64,000 nucleotides of DNA from the NCBI GenBank assembly GCA_016708025.1, contig JADJGQ010000004.1:196903-260902 (forward strand). Reading direction: 5' to 3'. A program made the translations under genes and the position numbers. Positions 46,962-55,731 of the stretch are shown in pieces. The notes beneath the pieces are model-generated. The model was not told the origin of the DNA. It saw nothing but the letters and a program-made list of their open reading frames with translations, and did not search any database. This stretch comes from a bacterium (GTDB lineage Bacteria > Zixibacteria > MSB-5A5 > GN15 > FEB-12). How positions within the stretch are numbered: position 1 is the stretch's first letter; each line of letters begins with the position of its first letter.

Positions 46962-47450
46962 ATGAGGTCATTGACGAAGCGATTTGTGGGGCTTGGCCTG
47001 TTGGTACTTCTCTGTACCGGCACGGCTCTGGCTCAACCGGTATCGTCGCGGCATGGAGTCGGCCCGTACTTTGGATTTGGGGCTGATCCAGACCAATTCA
47101 TAGTGGGAGGTCAGGGGATAATCGGACTGTCTGGTTCGCGGGTACATTTCAGTCCGAGTATGGATTTCGGCATAGGTGATGAGATCAATGCAGTCACGAT
47201 CAATTTTGATGTCACCTATGACTTTTTGCCGGCCAGCTCGAGAGTGGCGTTTTATGCCGGAGCCGGCCCGACCCTGGCATTTCTGTCATCGGACCGTTAC
47301 GATGACGACACCGAGGCTGGATTGTCTTTGGTCACCGGTGTGAAACTCCCGGGCAAAACGGGGAATTCGTTTAATATCGGTATACGGGCAGGACTGGGGG
47401 ACATCCCTGAAATGCGGATGACCGCGGCCTATATCTTCAATATGCGTTAA
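46962..47450 (+). CDS. small outer-membrane beta-barrel protein (OmpA-beta-barrel / OmpW-like)
   Basis: Signal peptide ending in ALA-Q, alternating hydrophobic beta-strand patterns and an aromatic-rich C-terminus (AAYIFNMR). Confidence 0.5.
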   Translation: MRSLTKRFVGLGLLVLLCTGTALAQPVSSRHGVGPYFGFGADPDQFIVGGQGIIGLSGSRVHFSPSMDFGIGDEINAVTINFDVTYDFLPASSRVAFYAGAGPTLAFLSSDRYDDDTEAGLSLVTGVKLPGKTGNSFNIGIRAGLGDIPEMRMTAAYIFNMR

Positions 47451-47562
47451 GTGGCGATAAAGGGAGATTCCGGAAAGTCGGAACACCGGCCGTTGGAGTT
47501 CAAGGAATAACTCCGGCGGCCGTTTTATTTTGGGATCAGATGGATTGCTGATAAACGAAAAA

Positions 47563-47585
47563 CGGCGGGGTCTCAAACCCCGCCG
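47563..47585. terminator. GC-rich hairpin between convergent genes (bidirectional terminator candidate)
   Basis: CGGCGGGGT (47563-47571), loop CTCAA, ACCCCGCCG (47577-47585). An A-run precedes it, giving a U-tract for the minus-strand transcript. Confidence 0.7.
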
Positions 47586-47612
47586 GCGAGTTGAAGATAG
47601 ATCGGCAAGTGT

Positions 47613-48056
47613 TTAGACCGCCGATTTCATTTTTTCCTGCGGCAGGACGATCTCTTTCCATTCCAGCGCCTTGGTCGGGCAGAAATGAGCGCAGACCGGA
47701 TCGCCACCACAGAGATCACACTTTATGACGAGGTTGTGCAGTTTGTCATGGAGCGAGCAGCCAAAGGGACAGGCAGCAACGCAGGCCATACAACGGACAC
47801 AAACTTTCGGGTCTATCTCATACGCGCCAGTCACCGGGTTAAGAGTGATGGCGTTGACCAGGCATGATTTGACGCAGGCCGGGTCCTCACACTGAAAACA
47901 GACGACCGGGACATAAAGGTCCTTAAATCCACCAGCGAGCGGATAAATTCTGCTTCGTCCCGGTTTGCCATCCACCTGATGAGTGAACGAGCAGGCCAGT
48001 TCACAGGTCCGGCAGCCGGTGCAGAGGTCGGGTTTGACCATGAAGCGGTGATTCAT
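47613..48056 (-). CDS. 4Fe-4S dicluster ferredoxin-type protein (DmsB/HycB-like)
   Basis: Cys clusters CTGCRTCELAC, CFQCEDPAC, CVRCMACVAACP and CDLCGGDPVC are present. Confidence 0.85.
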   Translation of the reverse strand: MNHRFMVKPDLCTGCRTCELACSFTHQVDGKPGRSRIYPLAGGFKDLYVPVVCFQCEDPACVKSCLVNAITLNPVTGAYEIDPKVCVRCMACVAACPFGCSLHDKLHNLVIKCDLCGGDPVCAHFCPTKALEWKEIVLPQEKMKSAV

Positions 48057-48841
48057 TTCAGATCCTCCCGACTCCAGGCAGCAATGGCGCCCATGTTGGT
48101 TGCGGTCTCCTTGCGATGTGATTCATCATTCAAGTCGAAATAGTCTGCCGGGATATTCCGGTGCGCAATCAGGTACTCGGCGAATTCGCGGGTAATGGTC
48201 GGCGCGCCGGTCCGCTTGTCGGTCACCATCTCAAACTGCTTCTTCCAAATAGTTCTGGTTTTGCCCGAATCGGTGAACTTGATGTAATTGGTTGGGCAGT
48301 TGAGAGCGCAGGCGAGACAGCCGACACAACTCTCCGGAGCTTCACCCAATGGCGGGGCGATCTCACGACCGTGGCCGCGATTGACGGTCGAGATCGCATG
48401 GAAACCCATCGTATCGCAGATGCGGGTGCAGATGCCGCAGAGGATACAATCGTTCGGTTCCGGGACTGGCTGGAAGCTGGTGGAATTTATGCCGTAATCC
48501 GCGGCGAGCTGTTGAATCAAGGGTGTGTGCGGATTACGGGCTAACATCAGGTCGATAATTGTTTTGCGCAGTTCGATCACCTGGTTTGAATGGGTCTGAA
48601 CGATCAGACCATCGGCCACGGGGTAGAGGCAGGAGGTGACCATGTCGGACCAGCCGTTCCATTCCGCTTTGGTGATCTCCACCATGCAAACGCGGCAGCC
48701 GCCATAGGGTTCGACAGCGTCATGCTGGCACAGGGCAGGGACATCGATCCCTTCGCGGCGAAGGACCTTGAGGAGGTACTCGCCTTCAGTCGCCCGGACC
48801 AGCTTGCCGTTGACGGTTATCGTAACAGTTTTCATACTCAT
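48053..48841 (-). CDS. NuoG/HydA-N-terminal-like iron-sulfur protein ([2Fe-2S] plus [4Fe-4S] domains, no catalytic domain)
   Basis: Trimmed to the ATG at 48841, which overlaps the upstream stop. It has a plant-type 2Fe-2S N-terminus (ITVNGK...C..D...C.VC), then CILCGICTRIC and CVGCLACALNCP. At about 262 aa it has no H-cluster or molybdopterin domain. Confidence 0.8.
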   Translation of the reverse strand: MSMKTVTITVNGKLVRATEGEYLLKVLRREGIDVPALCQHDAVEPYGGCRVCMVEITKAEWNGWSDMVTSCLYPVADGLIVQTHSNQVIELRKTIIDLMLARNPHTPLIQQLAADYGINSTSFQPVPEPNDCILCGICTRICDTMGFHAISTVNRGHGREIAPPLGEAPESCVGCLACALNCPTNYIKFTDSGKTRTIWKKQFEMVTDKRTGAPTITREFAEYLIAHRNIPADYFDLNDESHRKETATNMGAIAAWSREDLK

Positions 48842-50697
48842 TTGACCTCGATCGCGTCGAACTTGCAGACCGCCACACAGGCGCCGCACTTCTCGCATTT
48901 ATCCTGGTGGATGAAGTGTGGCTTTTTCTTTTCACCGGTGATGGCATTGTAAGCGCAGGCCGTGATACAGGCGACACAGCCGGTGCACTTGTCTTCAAGA
49001 ACGGTATAGGTGATGAGCGATTTGCAGACGCCGGCCGGGCAACGTTTCTCCCGAATGTGCGCCAGGTATTCATCACGGAAATATCGGATAGTCGACAGGA
49101 ATGGATTCGGACCGGATTTCCCCAGTCCACAGAGCGAACCAACGATGATCGACTCGGAGAGCTTCTCCATTCTGACGAGATCTTCTTCGGTTCCTTCGCC
49201 ATTGCAGATCTTGATGGTCAATTCATGCAATTGGTAAAGACCTTCACGACAGGGAACGCATTTGCCGCACGACTCAGATACCAGGAACGACAGGAAGTAA
49301 CGGGCGACATCCACCATGCAGGTTTTGTCATCCATCACGATCATGCCGCCGGAACCCATCATTGAACCGTTTTTGGTCAGGGAATCGAAATCAACCGGAA
49401 GGTCCAGCATTGATTCAGGGAGACAACCGCCCGAGGGTCCACCGGTCTGAACGGCTTTGAACGGCCGATTCTCCAGAATGCCGCCGCCGATCTCATAAAT
49501 GATCGTGCGTAGCGTAGTCCCCATCGCTACTTCGATCAGGCCGGTATTGCGGACTTTACCAACCAGCGAAAACGCCTTGGTCCCGCTGTTGTTCTTGCAG
49601 CCGATGGAGGTAAACCAATCGGCTCCTTTGAGCATAATGATCGGGACATTGGCAAAGGTCTCGACATTATTCAGCACGGTTGGCTGATCATGCAGACCTT
49701 TCACCACCGAGCGGATATATTTGGCGCGTGGTTCGCCGACTTCGCCAGCCACCGAGCGCATAAGGGCCGATGATTCGCCGCAGACAAAGGCTCCGGCGCC
49801 GCGATTGATCCGGATACGGAAAGAGAAGTCGGTGCCGAGAATGTTGTCGCCAAGCAGACCGTTGGCTTCGCATTCATCGATCGCCTTCTGCAGATGAACG
49901 ACCGCCAACGGGTATTCATCGCGAACGTAGATATATCCCTGCTTGGCGCCGATCGCGAAGGCGCAGATCATCATCCCTTCAAGGACGGAGTGCGGATCGC
50001 CTTCCATGATAGAGCGATCCATGAAGGCGCCGGGGTCACCTTCGTCACCGTTGCAGATGACGTAGTGAATATCCGACTGCACGCTTTTGCAGGTGCGCCA
50101 CTTTTTGCCGGCGGGGAATCCACCGCCCCCACGACCACGCAGGCCGGACTTAATGATCTCATCGATGACCGTGTCGGGGGTCATGGTGGTCAATACCTTG
50201 GCGAGCGCCTGGTACCCCTCGACAGCGATATATTCGCGGATATCATTCGCGGCGATCTTGCCGAGATTGCGGAGAGCGATTCGCGACTGATGCGCAAAGA
50301 AATTAACATCGTGATACCGTTCGATTCGATGTTCCGTCACCGGGTCTTTGTAGAGGAGCGGGGAGAGGATCTCGCCGTTGGCGATCGTCTTATCAACGAT
50401 GGCGGCGACATCTTTCGGTTTCACGCGGGTGTAGAATGTCCCTTGCGGTTCGATCACGACCAGTGGTCCCTGCTCGCAGAAACCATGACAGCCGGTCTCT
50501 TTGACGGCTTCGACGGTGAAGTCCTTGATATTTTTTTCGGCCAGATGCGCATGGAAGGCATCGACAATCGCGCGAGCGCCATTGGCCAGACAGCCGGTAC
50601 CGCAGCAGACGATCACCTTCTTGGGGAATCGTTCCTGTTTTGCCGCCAGTTCAACGTGGCGTTTCTTCAGTTCCTGAGGATTGGCAATGATGCACAT
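48838..50697 (-). CDS. NuoF/HydB-type NADH-binding flavoprotein with an N-terminal thioredoxin-like [2Fe-2S] domain and two C-terminal [4Fe-4S] ferredoxin domains
   Basis: CCGTGC...CHGFC (N-terminal 2Fe-2S). GLRGRGGGGFPAGKKW (FMN/NADH site). ESCGKCVPCREG (N3-type cluster). CTGCVACITAC and CEKCGACVAVC at the C-terminus. Confidence 0.9.
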   Translation of the reverse strand: MCIIANPQELKKRHVELAAKQERFPKKVIVCCGTGCLANGARAIVDAFHAHLAEKNIKDFTVEAVKETGCHGFCEQGPLVVIEPQGTFYTRVKPKDVAAIVDKTIANGEILSPLLYKDPVTEHRIERYHDVNFFAHQSRIALRNLGKIAANDIREYIAVEGYQALAKVLTTMTPDTVIDEIIKSGLRGRGGGGFPAGKKWRTCKSVQSDIHYVICNGDEGDPGAFMDRSIMEGDPHSVLEGMMICAFAIGAKQGYIYVRDEYPLAVVHLQKAIDECEANGLLGDNILGTDFSFRIRINRGAGAFVCGESSALMRSVAGEVGEPRAKYIRSVVKGLHDQPTVLNNVETFANVPIIMLKGADWFTSIGCKNNSGTKAFSLVGKVRNTGLIEVAMGTTLRTIIYEIGGGILENRPFKAVQTGGPSGGCLPESMLDLPVDFDSLTKNGSMMGSGGMIVMDDKTCMVDVARYFLSFLVSESCGKCVPCREGLYQLHELTIKICNGEGTEEDLVRMEKLSESIIVGSLCGLGKSGPNPFLSTIRYFRDEYLAHIREKRCPAGVCKSLITYTVLEDKCTGCVACITACAYNAITGEKKKPHFIHQDKCEKCGACVAVCKFDAIEVK

Positions 50698-50698
50698 A

Positions 50699-51169
50699 TT
50701 AACTGTCCTTCAGGATCTTCTTGGCGGTGTTGACTTTGACGCCGCCATGGTATTTTTCGTTGACGATCACGACCGGGGCCATGGCACAGGCGCCCACACA
50801 GGCGACGACTTCGATGGAGAACTCCATATCCGAGGTCGTTTGTCCTGCCTTGATCCCCAGATGATTTTCTATCTGATCCTGGATCAGGGCAGCTCCGCGA
50901 ATATGACAGGCGGTACCGGTACAGATCCGGACGATTCGTTTTCCTTTCGGAACGAGGGAGAAGGCATTGTAAAAGGTCGCGACCGAAAAGACCTTGGAGA
51001 GCGGTACATCGAGCGCTTCGGCGGTCGCTTTGAGCGCCTCACAGGGCAGGTAGCGGTATTCGCGCTGGATCTCCTGCAGGATCATGATCAGCGAACCCGG
51101 CTCTTGCGGATGCCGCGCGATCAGGTCCGGCAATTTGGAGAAATCGTGGCTGACCGAAGGTGTGCTCAC
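50699..51169 (-). CDS. NuoE/HydC-type thioredoxin-like [2Fe-2S] protein
   Basis: ICTGTACHIRG...CVGACAMAP ligand pattern present. 156 aa. It overlaps the oxidoreductase gamma gene by 4 nt. Confidence 0.85.
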   Translation of the reverse strand: MSTPSVSHDFSKLPDLIARHPQEPGSLIMILQEIQREYRYLPCEALKATAEALDVPLSKVFSVATFYNAFSLVPKGKRIVRICTGTACHIRGAALIQDQIENHLGIKAGQTTSDMEFSIEVVACVGACAMAPVVIVNEKYHGGVKVNTAKKILKDS

Positions 51170-51729
51170 GCATGGCTCCTTTCGGCGAGGGCGGCTTGCC
51201 CGAATTTATAGCCGGCTTCGAAAACTTTCATATTGGTCTCAAGCAGATTCTTTTTCGATCCAAGTTTCTCTTCGAGAACTTTGAGCACGGTCTTGTATTC
51301 CACGAGTCCAGTCGCCGCAACGAAACATCCCAGCACGGCGACATTGGTTGATTTCACCGATCCTCCCTCCAGCGCCATTTGATTGGCCGGGATCAGTATC
51401 TGGGTGATATCGGTCCGGTCGCTACTGACGCTTATGAGGGATGAATTGACTATCAGCAATCCGCCAGCTTTCACGCGAGGAGAAAACTTGTCAAACGATG
51501 GGCGATTGAATACGCAGCATGCCGATGGGTTATTGATAACCGGGGAGCCGATGCGGAGATCGCTGATCACGACGGTGCAATAGGCTGTTCCTCCGCGCAT
51601 CTCCGGGCCGTAGGAGGGCAGCCAGACGACATTTTTCCCCTCTTTAATGCCGCTGTAGGCGAGCAACTGTCCCGCGACCATGACGCCCTGGCCGCCGAAA
51701 CCGGCCATGGTGACTTCGTACTGCTTCAC
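51166..51729 (-). CDS. 2-oxoacid:ferredoxin oxidoreductase, gamma subunit
   Basis: GFGGQGV...SYGPEMRGG motifs present. 187 aa. Confidence 0.85.
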   Translation of the reverse strand: MKQYEVTMAGFGGQGVMVAGQLLAYSGIKEGKNVVWLPSYGPEMRGGTAYCTVVISDLRIGSPVINNPSACCVFNRPSFDKFSPRVKAGGLLIVNSSLISVSSDRTDITQILIPANQMALEGGSVKSTNVAVLGCFVAATGLVEYKTVLKVLEEKLGSKKNLLETNMKVFEAGYKFGQAALAERSHA

Positions 51730-52481
51730 TTCACCTCCTCAGGTGTCTTGTAGACACCGAGCGGGAAGTAGCTCTTCAGATTCGCTTCCACCCAATTGGT
51801 CGATTCCGCGGGGGTTTTTCCCCAGTTGGTCGGACAGGTGGAGAGGACCTCGACGAGCGAGAAGCACTTGTTTTCGATCTGATACTGGAAGGCCCGACGA
51901 ATCGCCTTCTTGGTGCGAATGATCTGTTGCGGATTGTGCACCGCGACACGCTCCAAATACGACGGCGTGACCAGACCGGAGAGCAGTTCGCACATGCGAA
52001 TCGGCATACCGGTTTTGGCAGTGTCGCGACCCAGTGGGCAGGTGGTTGCGACTTGTCCGGACAGGGTAGTCGGGGCCATCTGGCCTCCGGTCATGCCATA
52101 GATGGCGTTGTTTACGAAGATAGTTGTGAACTTCTCGCCGCGATTGGCGGCGTGAATGATCTCGCTCATGCCGATCGAGGCCAGGTCACCATCGCCCTGA
52201 TAGGTAAACACGATCATATCGGGGCGGATCCGCTTGAAGCCGGTCGCCAGCGCAGGGGCGCGACCATGCGGTGATTCCAGAAAATCAGTATTGAAGTAAT
52301 TGTATGCCAGAACCGAGCAACCGACCGGCGCAACGCCGACAGTCCGCTCGCGCACGCCCAGCTCATCGAGAACTTCCGCCACCAGCCGATGGATCACGCC
52401 ATGCGTGCAACCGGGGCAGTAGTGCGTCACGACATCCTGGAGCGACTCCGGCCGTGCAAATGTAGTAGTCAAAGTATGCAT
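51726..52481 (-). CDS. 2-oxoacid:ferredoxin oxidoreductase, beta (TPP-binding) subunit
   Basis: CPGCTHG near the N-terminus and the TPP motif GDGDLASIG...NNAIYGMTGGQ are present. Confidence 0.9.
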   Translation of the reverse strand: MHTLTTTFARPESLQDVVTHYCPGCTHGVIHRLVAEVLDELGVRERTVGVAPVGCSVLAYNYFNTDFLESPHGRAPALATGFKRIRPDMIVFTYQGDGDLASIGMSEIIHAANRGEKFTTIFVNNAIYGMTGGQMAPTTLSGQVATTCPLGRDTAKTGMPIRMCELLSGLVTPSYLERVAVHNPQQIIRTKKAIRRAFQYQIENKCFSLVEVLSTCPTNWGKTPAESTNWVEANLKSYFPLGVYKTPEEVK

Positions 52482-52485
52482 AACG

Positions 52486-53574
52486 TCATGCCTTCGCTTT
52501 CGCCGGCGTTCCGGCAGCGAGCAGTTGCTTGATCTGATCGATCACTTCTTCCGGAGACGGAACTATTCCGCCGGTCCGGCCAAAGAACTTCACCGGTCTC
52601 TGTCTGGCGACGACGCGTTCGACATCCTCCACCATCTGTCCCATACTCATTTCCACGGTCAGGACTGTCTCGATATTCGGCTTAGTCGCTTCCGCGTACA
52701 ATTGCGATTCGGGGAAGGGGAAACAGGAGATCGGTCGGAAGAGACCGACTGAGATCCCCTCGGTCTCGAGTTCATCGATGGCGGTCTGGCAGATTCTCGC
52801 CATTGTGCCGTAGGCGACGAGCAGGATTTTGTTTTTGGGATTGGTCTTATAGCACTCGTAACGGATCTCGTCGCGCTTCATCATCTCATATTTCTGGTGC
52901 AGGACGATGTTGTTTTTCTCGAGCGCGATCGGATCGAGGAAGAGTGACTTGACCACAAGCGGACGTCGCTCGCTCGCGCCGGTCGCGGCCCAGGTTTTGG
53001 CGGGGAGAGGCGGTTCAGTATGTTCGTCCGGGAATTCAACCGGTTCCATCATCTGGCCGATCATGCCATCGCCGATGATCATCACCGGATTGCGATACTT
53101 GTCGGCGAGGTAGAAGGCCTGCATGGTCAGGTCGACCGCTTCCTGAATGGTTGATGGGGCAAGAACCAGCAACCGGTAGTCACCATGGCCGCCGCCTTTG
53201 GTTGCCTGGAAATAGTCTGACTGAGCCGGGAGGATGCCACCGAGTCCGGGTCCGCCGCGCATGATATTCAAAAGGACCACGGGTAGTTGAGCGCCGGCCA
53301 TGTAAGAGATCGATTCCTGCATCAAAGAGATGCCGGGGCTGGAGGATGTGGTGAAGACCCGTTTGCCGGTTGAAGCCGCGCCAAACAGCATATTGCCGAC
53401 AGCGACCTCGGATTCGGCCTGGAGAAAAACTCCGCCGACCTCGGGGAGTCGTTTGGCGAGGTATTCGCCGACCTCGTTCTGCGGGGTGATCGGATACGCG
53501 AAATAGTAGAGGGCGCCGGCCCGTACTGCCGCTTCCGCGATCGCCTCATTCCCTTTCATCAATATCTTAGCCAT
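52486..53574 (-). CDS. 2-oxoacid:ferredoxin oxidoreductase, alpha subunit
   Basis: GNEAIAEAAVRAG...YPITPQNE...ESEVAV...TSSSPGISLM blocks are typical of KorA/VorB/OorA. Confidence 0.9.
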   Translation of the reverse strand: MAKILMKGNEAIAEAAVRAGALYYFAYPITPQNEVGEYLAKRLPEVGGVFLQAESEVAVGNMLFGAASTGKRVFTTSSSPGISLMQESISYMAGAQLPVVLLNIMRGGPGLGGILPAQSDYFQATKGGGHGDYRLLVLAPSTIQEAVDLTMQAFYLADKYRNPVMIIGDGMIGQMMEPVEFPDEHTEPPLPAKTWAATGASERRPLVVKSLFLDPIALEKNNIVLHQKYEMMKRDEIRYECYKTNPKNKILLVAYGTMARICQTAIDELETEGISVGLFRPISCFPFPESQLYAEATKPNIETVLTVEMSMGQMVEDVERVVARQRPVKFFGRTGGIVPSPEEVIDQIKQLLAAGTPAKAKA

Positions 53575-53586
53575 CGTTCACCACTC

Positions 53587-53820
53587 TCAATAATCGTACA
53601 GCACGTACATTTGCCCGTGATGGTTCACCGAGATGGCGGCATCGGGGCAGGTTATGGCGCAGATCCGGCAGCCGATACAGCGGGACGGGTCATGCATCTG
53701 CGCATGAAAATAACCGCGTAAGGTGATCTCTCGCGACATCGAGAGGATCTTCTGCGGGCATGCCTTGACGCACAGCTCGCATCCCTTGCAGTGGTTGGTG
53801 TCGATCACAACTCCAGGCAT
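53587..53820 (-). CDS. 2-oxoacid:ferredoxin oxidoreductase, delta (2x[4Fe-4S] ferredoxin) subunit
   Basis: CKGCELCVKACP and CIGCRICAITCP motifs present. 77 aa. Confidence 0.85.
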   Translation of the reverse strand: MPGVVIDTNHCKGCELCVKACPQKILSMSREITLRGYFHAQMHDPSRCIGCRICAITCPDAAISVNHHGQMYVLYDY

Positions 53821-54587
53821 CAGCGTATCCTCAGTCGTTTGTCAGTCCAGGTATTGCCGATATGTTCCCATGGTTTGACCAGTGCGCGGTCCAGGACCAG
53901 CATGGGAAGATCCAGGGTGGCCGGGTTCATTTGCGCGGCGATCGCTTTCACCGCGCTGACAAAAGCAATGGGAAGTGTACTTCGCTGGCTTACCCGGCGA
54001 GCCAGCGAAATACCTTCCTCTATGATCTCGACAGTAGTTTCCTGCATCAAGTGGGTATTGGAGATGATCCCGGTGAAGTGGAGGCGCGAAGAAGCCTCGA
54101 TCTCGTTCATCAATTGCAGTGTCCCCTCCAGGTCAGCCGTAAAGGGGCGACGGGCATTCAGAACCAGCAACATCTCGTAGCTTTCAGGATGGATTGCGTC
54201 AGCCAGAGAACTGAGGACTCGCGCGCCGATGTCATCACCGCCGACATCAAGGATCAACCACCCGTTGGGATTCTCCAGAGCGGTGCGAATTTCGGGAATG
54301 ATGATCGGCAGGTCGGCGTGAACATGCGGACCGGCGGGGACAAGTGACTTGACGCCGAAGGACTCCAGTTGCAGCGCAGCCTCGCGTGAGCGGAAATAGG
54401 GATTCACGACATCCAGATCGGCAATGGAGACAGGTTCGGTGCTATTTTGCGCAAGCTGTTTGGCTAGGTTGACTGAAATCTCCGACTTGCCCGAGCCATA
54501 GCCGCCGACGATGATAATCGTCCGATGGCGAAAGGAGGGGGAGGCAAATGTCGAAACTTCGTGCGCCATGGTCCAGTTTGCTTTCAT
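53820..54587 (-). CDS. MinD/ParA/CooC-superfamily P-loop ATPase, first gene of the oxidoreductase operon
   Basis: Walker A IIIVGGYGSGKSE and a Walker B-like WLILDVGGDD. The start of the delta gene shares 1 nt with its stop. Confidence 0.6.
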   Translation of the reverse strand: MKANWTMAHEVSTFASPSFRHRTIIIVGGYGSGKSEISVNLAKQLAQNSTEPVSIADLDVVNPYFRSREAALQLESFGVKSLVPAGPHVHADLPIIIPEIRTALENPNGWLILDVGGDDIGARVLSSLADAIHPESYEMLLVLNARRPFTADLEGTLQLMNEIEASSRLHFTGIISNTHLMQETTVEIIEEGISLARRVSQRSTLPIAFVSAVKAIAAQMNPATLDLPMLVLDRALVKPWEHIGNTWTDKRLRIR

Positions 54588-54720
54588 CTATCGTCCCTCC
54601 AGAAAAAGAGTTAGAGGTATTCGATAGAAAATTAGTCTTAATTGTCCACTCTTAAAAATATCGCCAGATTGGTCCGTGAAGTCAAGGCGAATTGTGAAAA
54701 AAATAACGATGAAATGATAT

Positions 54721-54749
54721 TTGACATCCGTTCGCTACACTCATTATAT
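54721..54749 (+). promoter_or_regulatory. sigma70-like promoter candidate for 54825..55679
   Basis: TTGACA (54721-54726), 17-nt spacer, TTATAT (54744-54749), inside an AT-rich divergent intergenic region. Confidence 0.4.
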
Positions 54750-54824
54750 TCTTGCAGAATAGAGGCTTACAGGTAAAGCGGACGTTTTTAGTAATAATTA
54801 AAACACACCGATAAGTATGATTTT

Positions 54825-55679
54825 ATGAGACAGACTTTTTGCCGTATTTTCTTGTCCGGTGCGGTCTTCGCTGCCGTATTCATGACCAGTTGTGGCAACC
54901 AAGAGAAGAGCGAAACAGCGCCTGATTCCGGAGCGGACAGCGCCGTCGTCGGTACCAGTTCTGCCTATCTGACCCGCCCGTGGGAGGACCCCAAGTTTGC
55001 TGGCTGGCAGAGGACGGAATTTGAAAATGTGGTGGTTTATTATCCGCCCACTCATCAGCATCAGGCAGACATGGCGCAGACGGCCAAGAACTACCGGAAC
55101 GCGATCACCAAGATCAGTGGCACAGCGCAACTTCCGGTGCCAACCGACACGATTCGGGTCTTTTACTTCACCGGTCCCGGGCAGGGGTTTGAGTTGACGC
55201 AGCGACCATTCCCGTACGGAGATTCGATTGCGGTCTACTATTGGCCGAATTACTCCCACGGGGTATCGCTGATGCAGCGACTCTTTTATAGCTATTTTGG
55301 CGGCTGGTCAACGCAGCAGATCATGCATCACGGCCTGATCGCCCTGTTCGACTTTTCGGGAGAGAATCACCACGAGACCACGCTGGAGTTTTTGCGGGAC
55401 ACGTTTTTCATTCCGCTATCCCGGCTGGCGAGTGACACGGCGATGGATAGCGATTATGAACGCTATCAGTCCGGCGAGGCTGGTTCGCTGGTAGCGTATA
55501 TCCTGGCTTCACGAGGTAGTACGGGGGTTGAGGCAATGTATCGTTCGACTCTCCCGTTCGACCAGGCCGTGCAACAGGTGATGGGGATCACGCTCGATTC
55601 GCTACAAAAGGAATGGATCAGTTTTATTGAGGCGAATGTCGGGCCTATTGACACGACGAAAGCAAAATCCGGGTCCTGA
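54825..55679 (+). CDS. hypothetical lipoprotein
   Basis: Signal peptide plus lipobox (FMTSC). No recognised domain. Confidence 0.5.
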   Translation: MRQTFCRIFLSGAVFAAVFMTSCGNQEKSETAPDSGADSAVVGTSSAYLTRPWEDPKFAGWQRTEFENVVVYYPPTHQHQADMAQTAKNYRNAITKISGTAQLPVPTDTIRVFYFTGPGQGFELTQRPFPYGDSIAVYYWPNYSHGVSLMQRLFYSYFGGWSTQQIMHHGLIALFDFSGENHHETTLEFLRDTFFIPLSRLASDTAMDSDYERYQSGEAGSLVAYILASRGSTGVEAMYRSTLPFDQAVQQVMGITLDSLQKEWISFIEANVGPIDTTKAKSGS

Positions 55680-55731
55680 ACGGGGTTCGGTCAGACTAGC
55701 GACCTGTTCTAATTATAGAGGTAACGCGATC

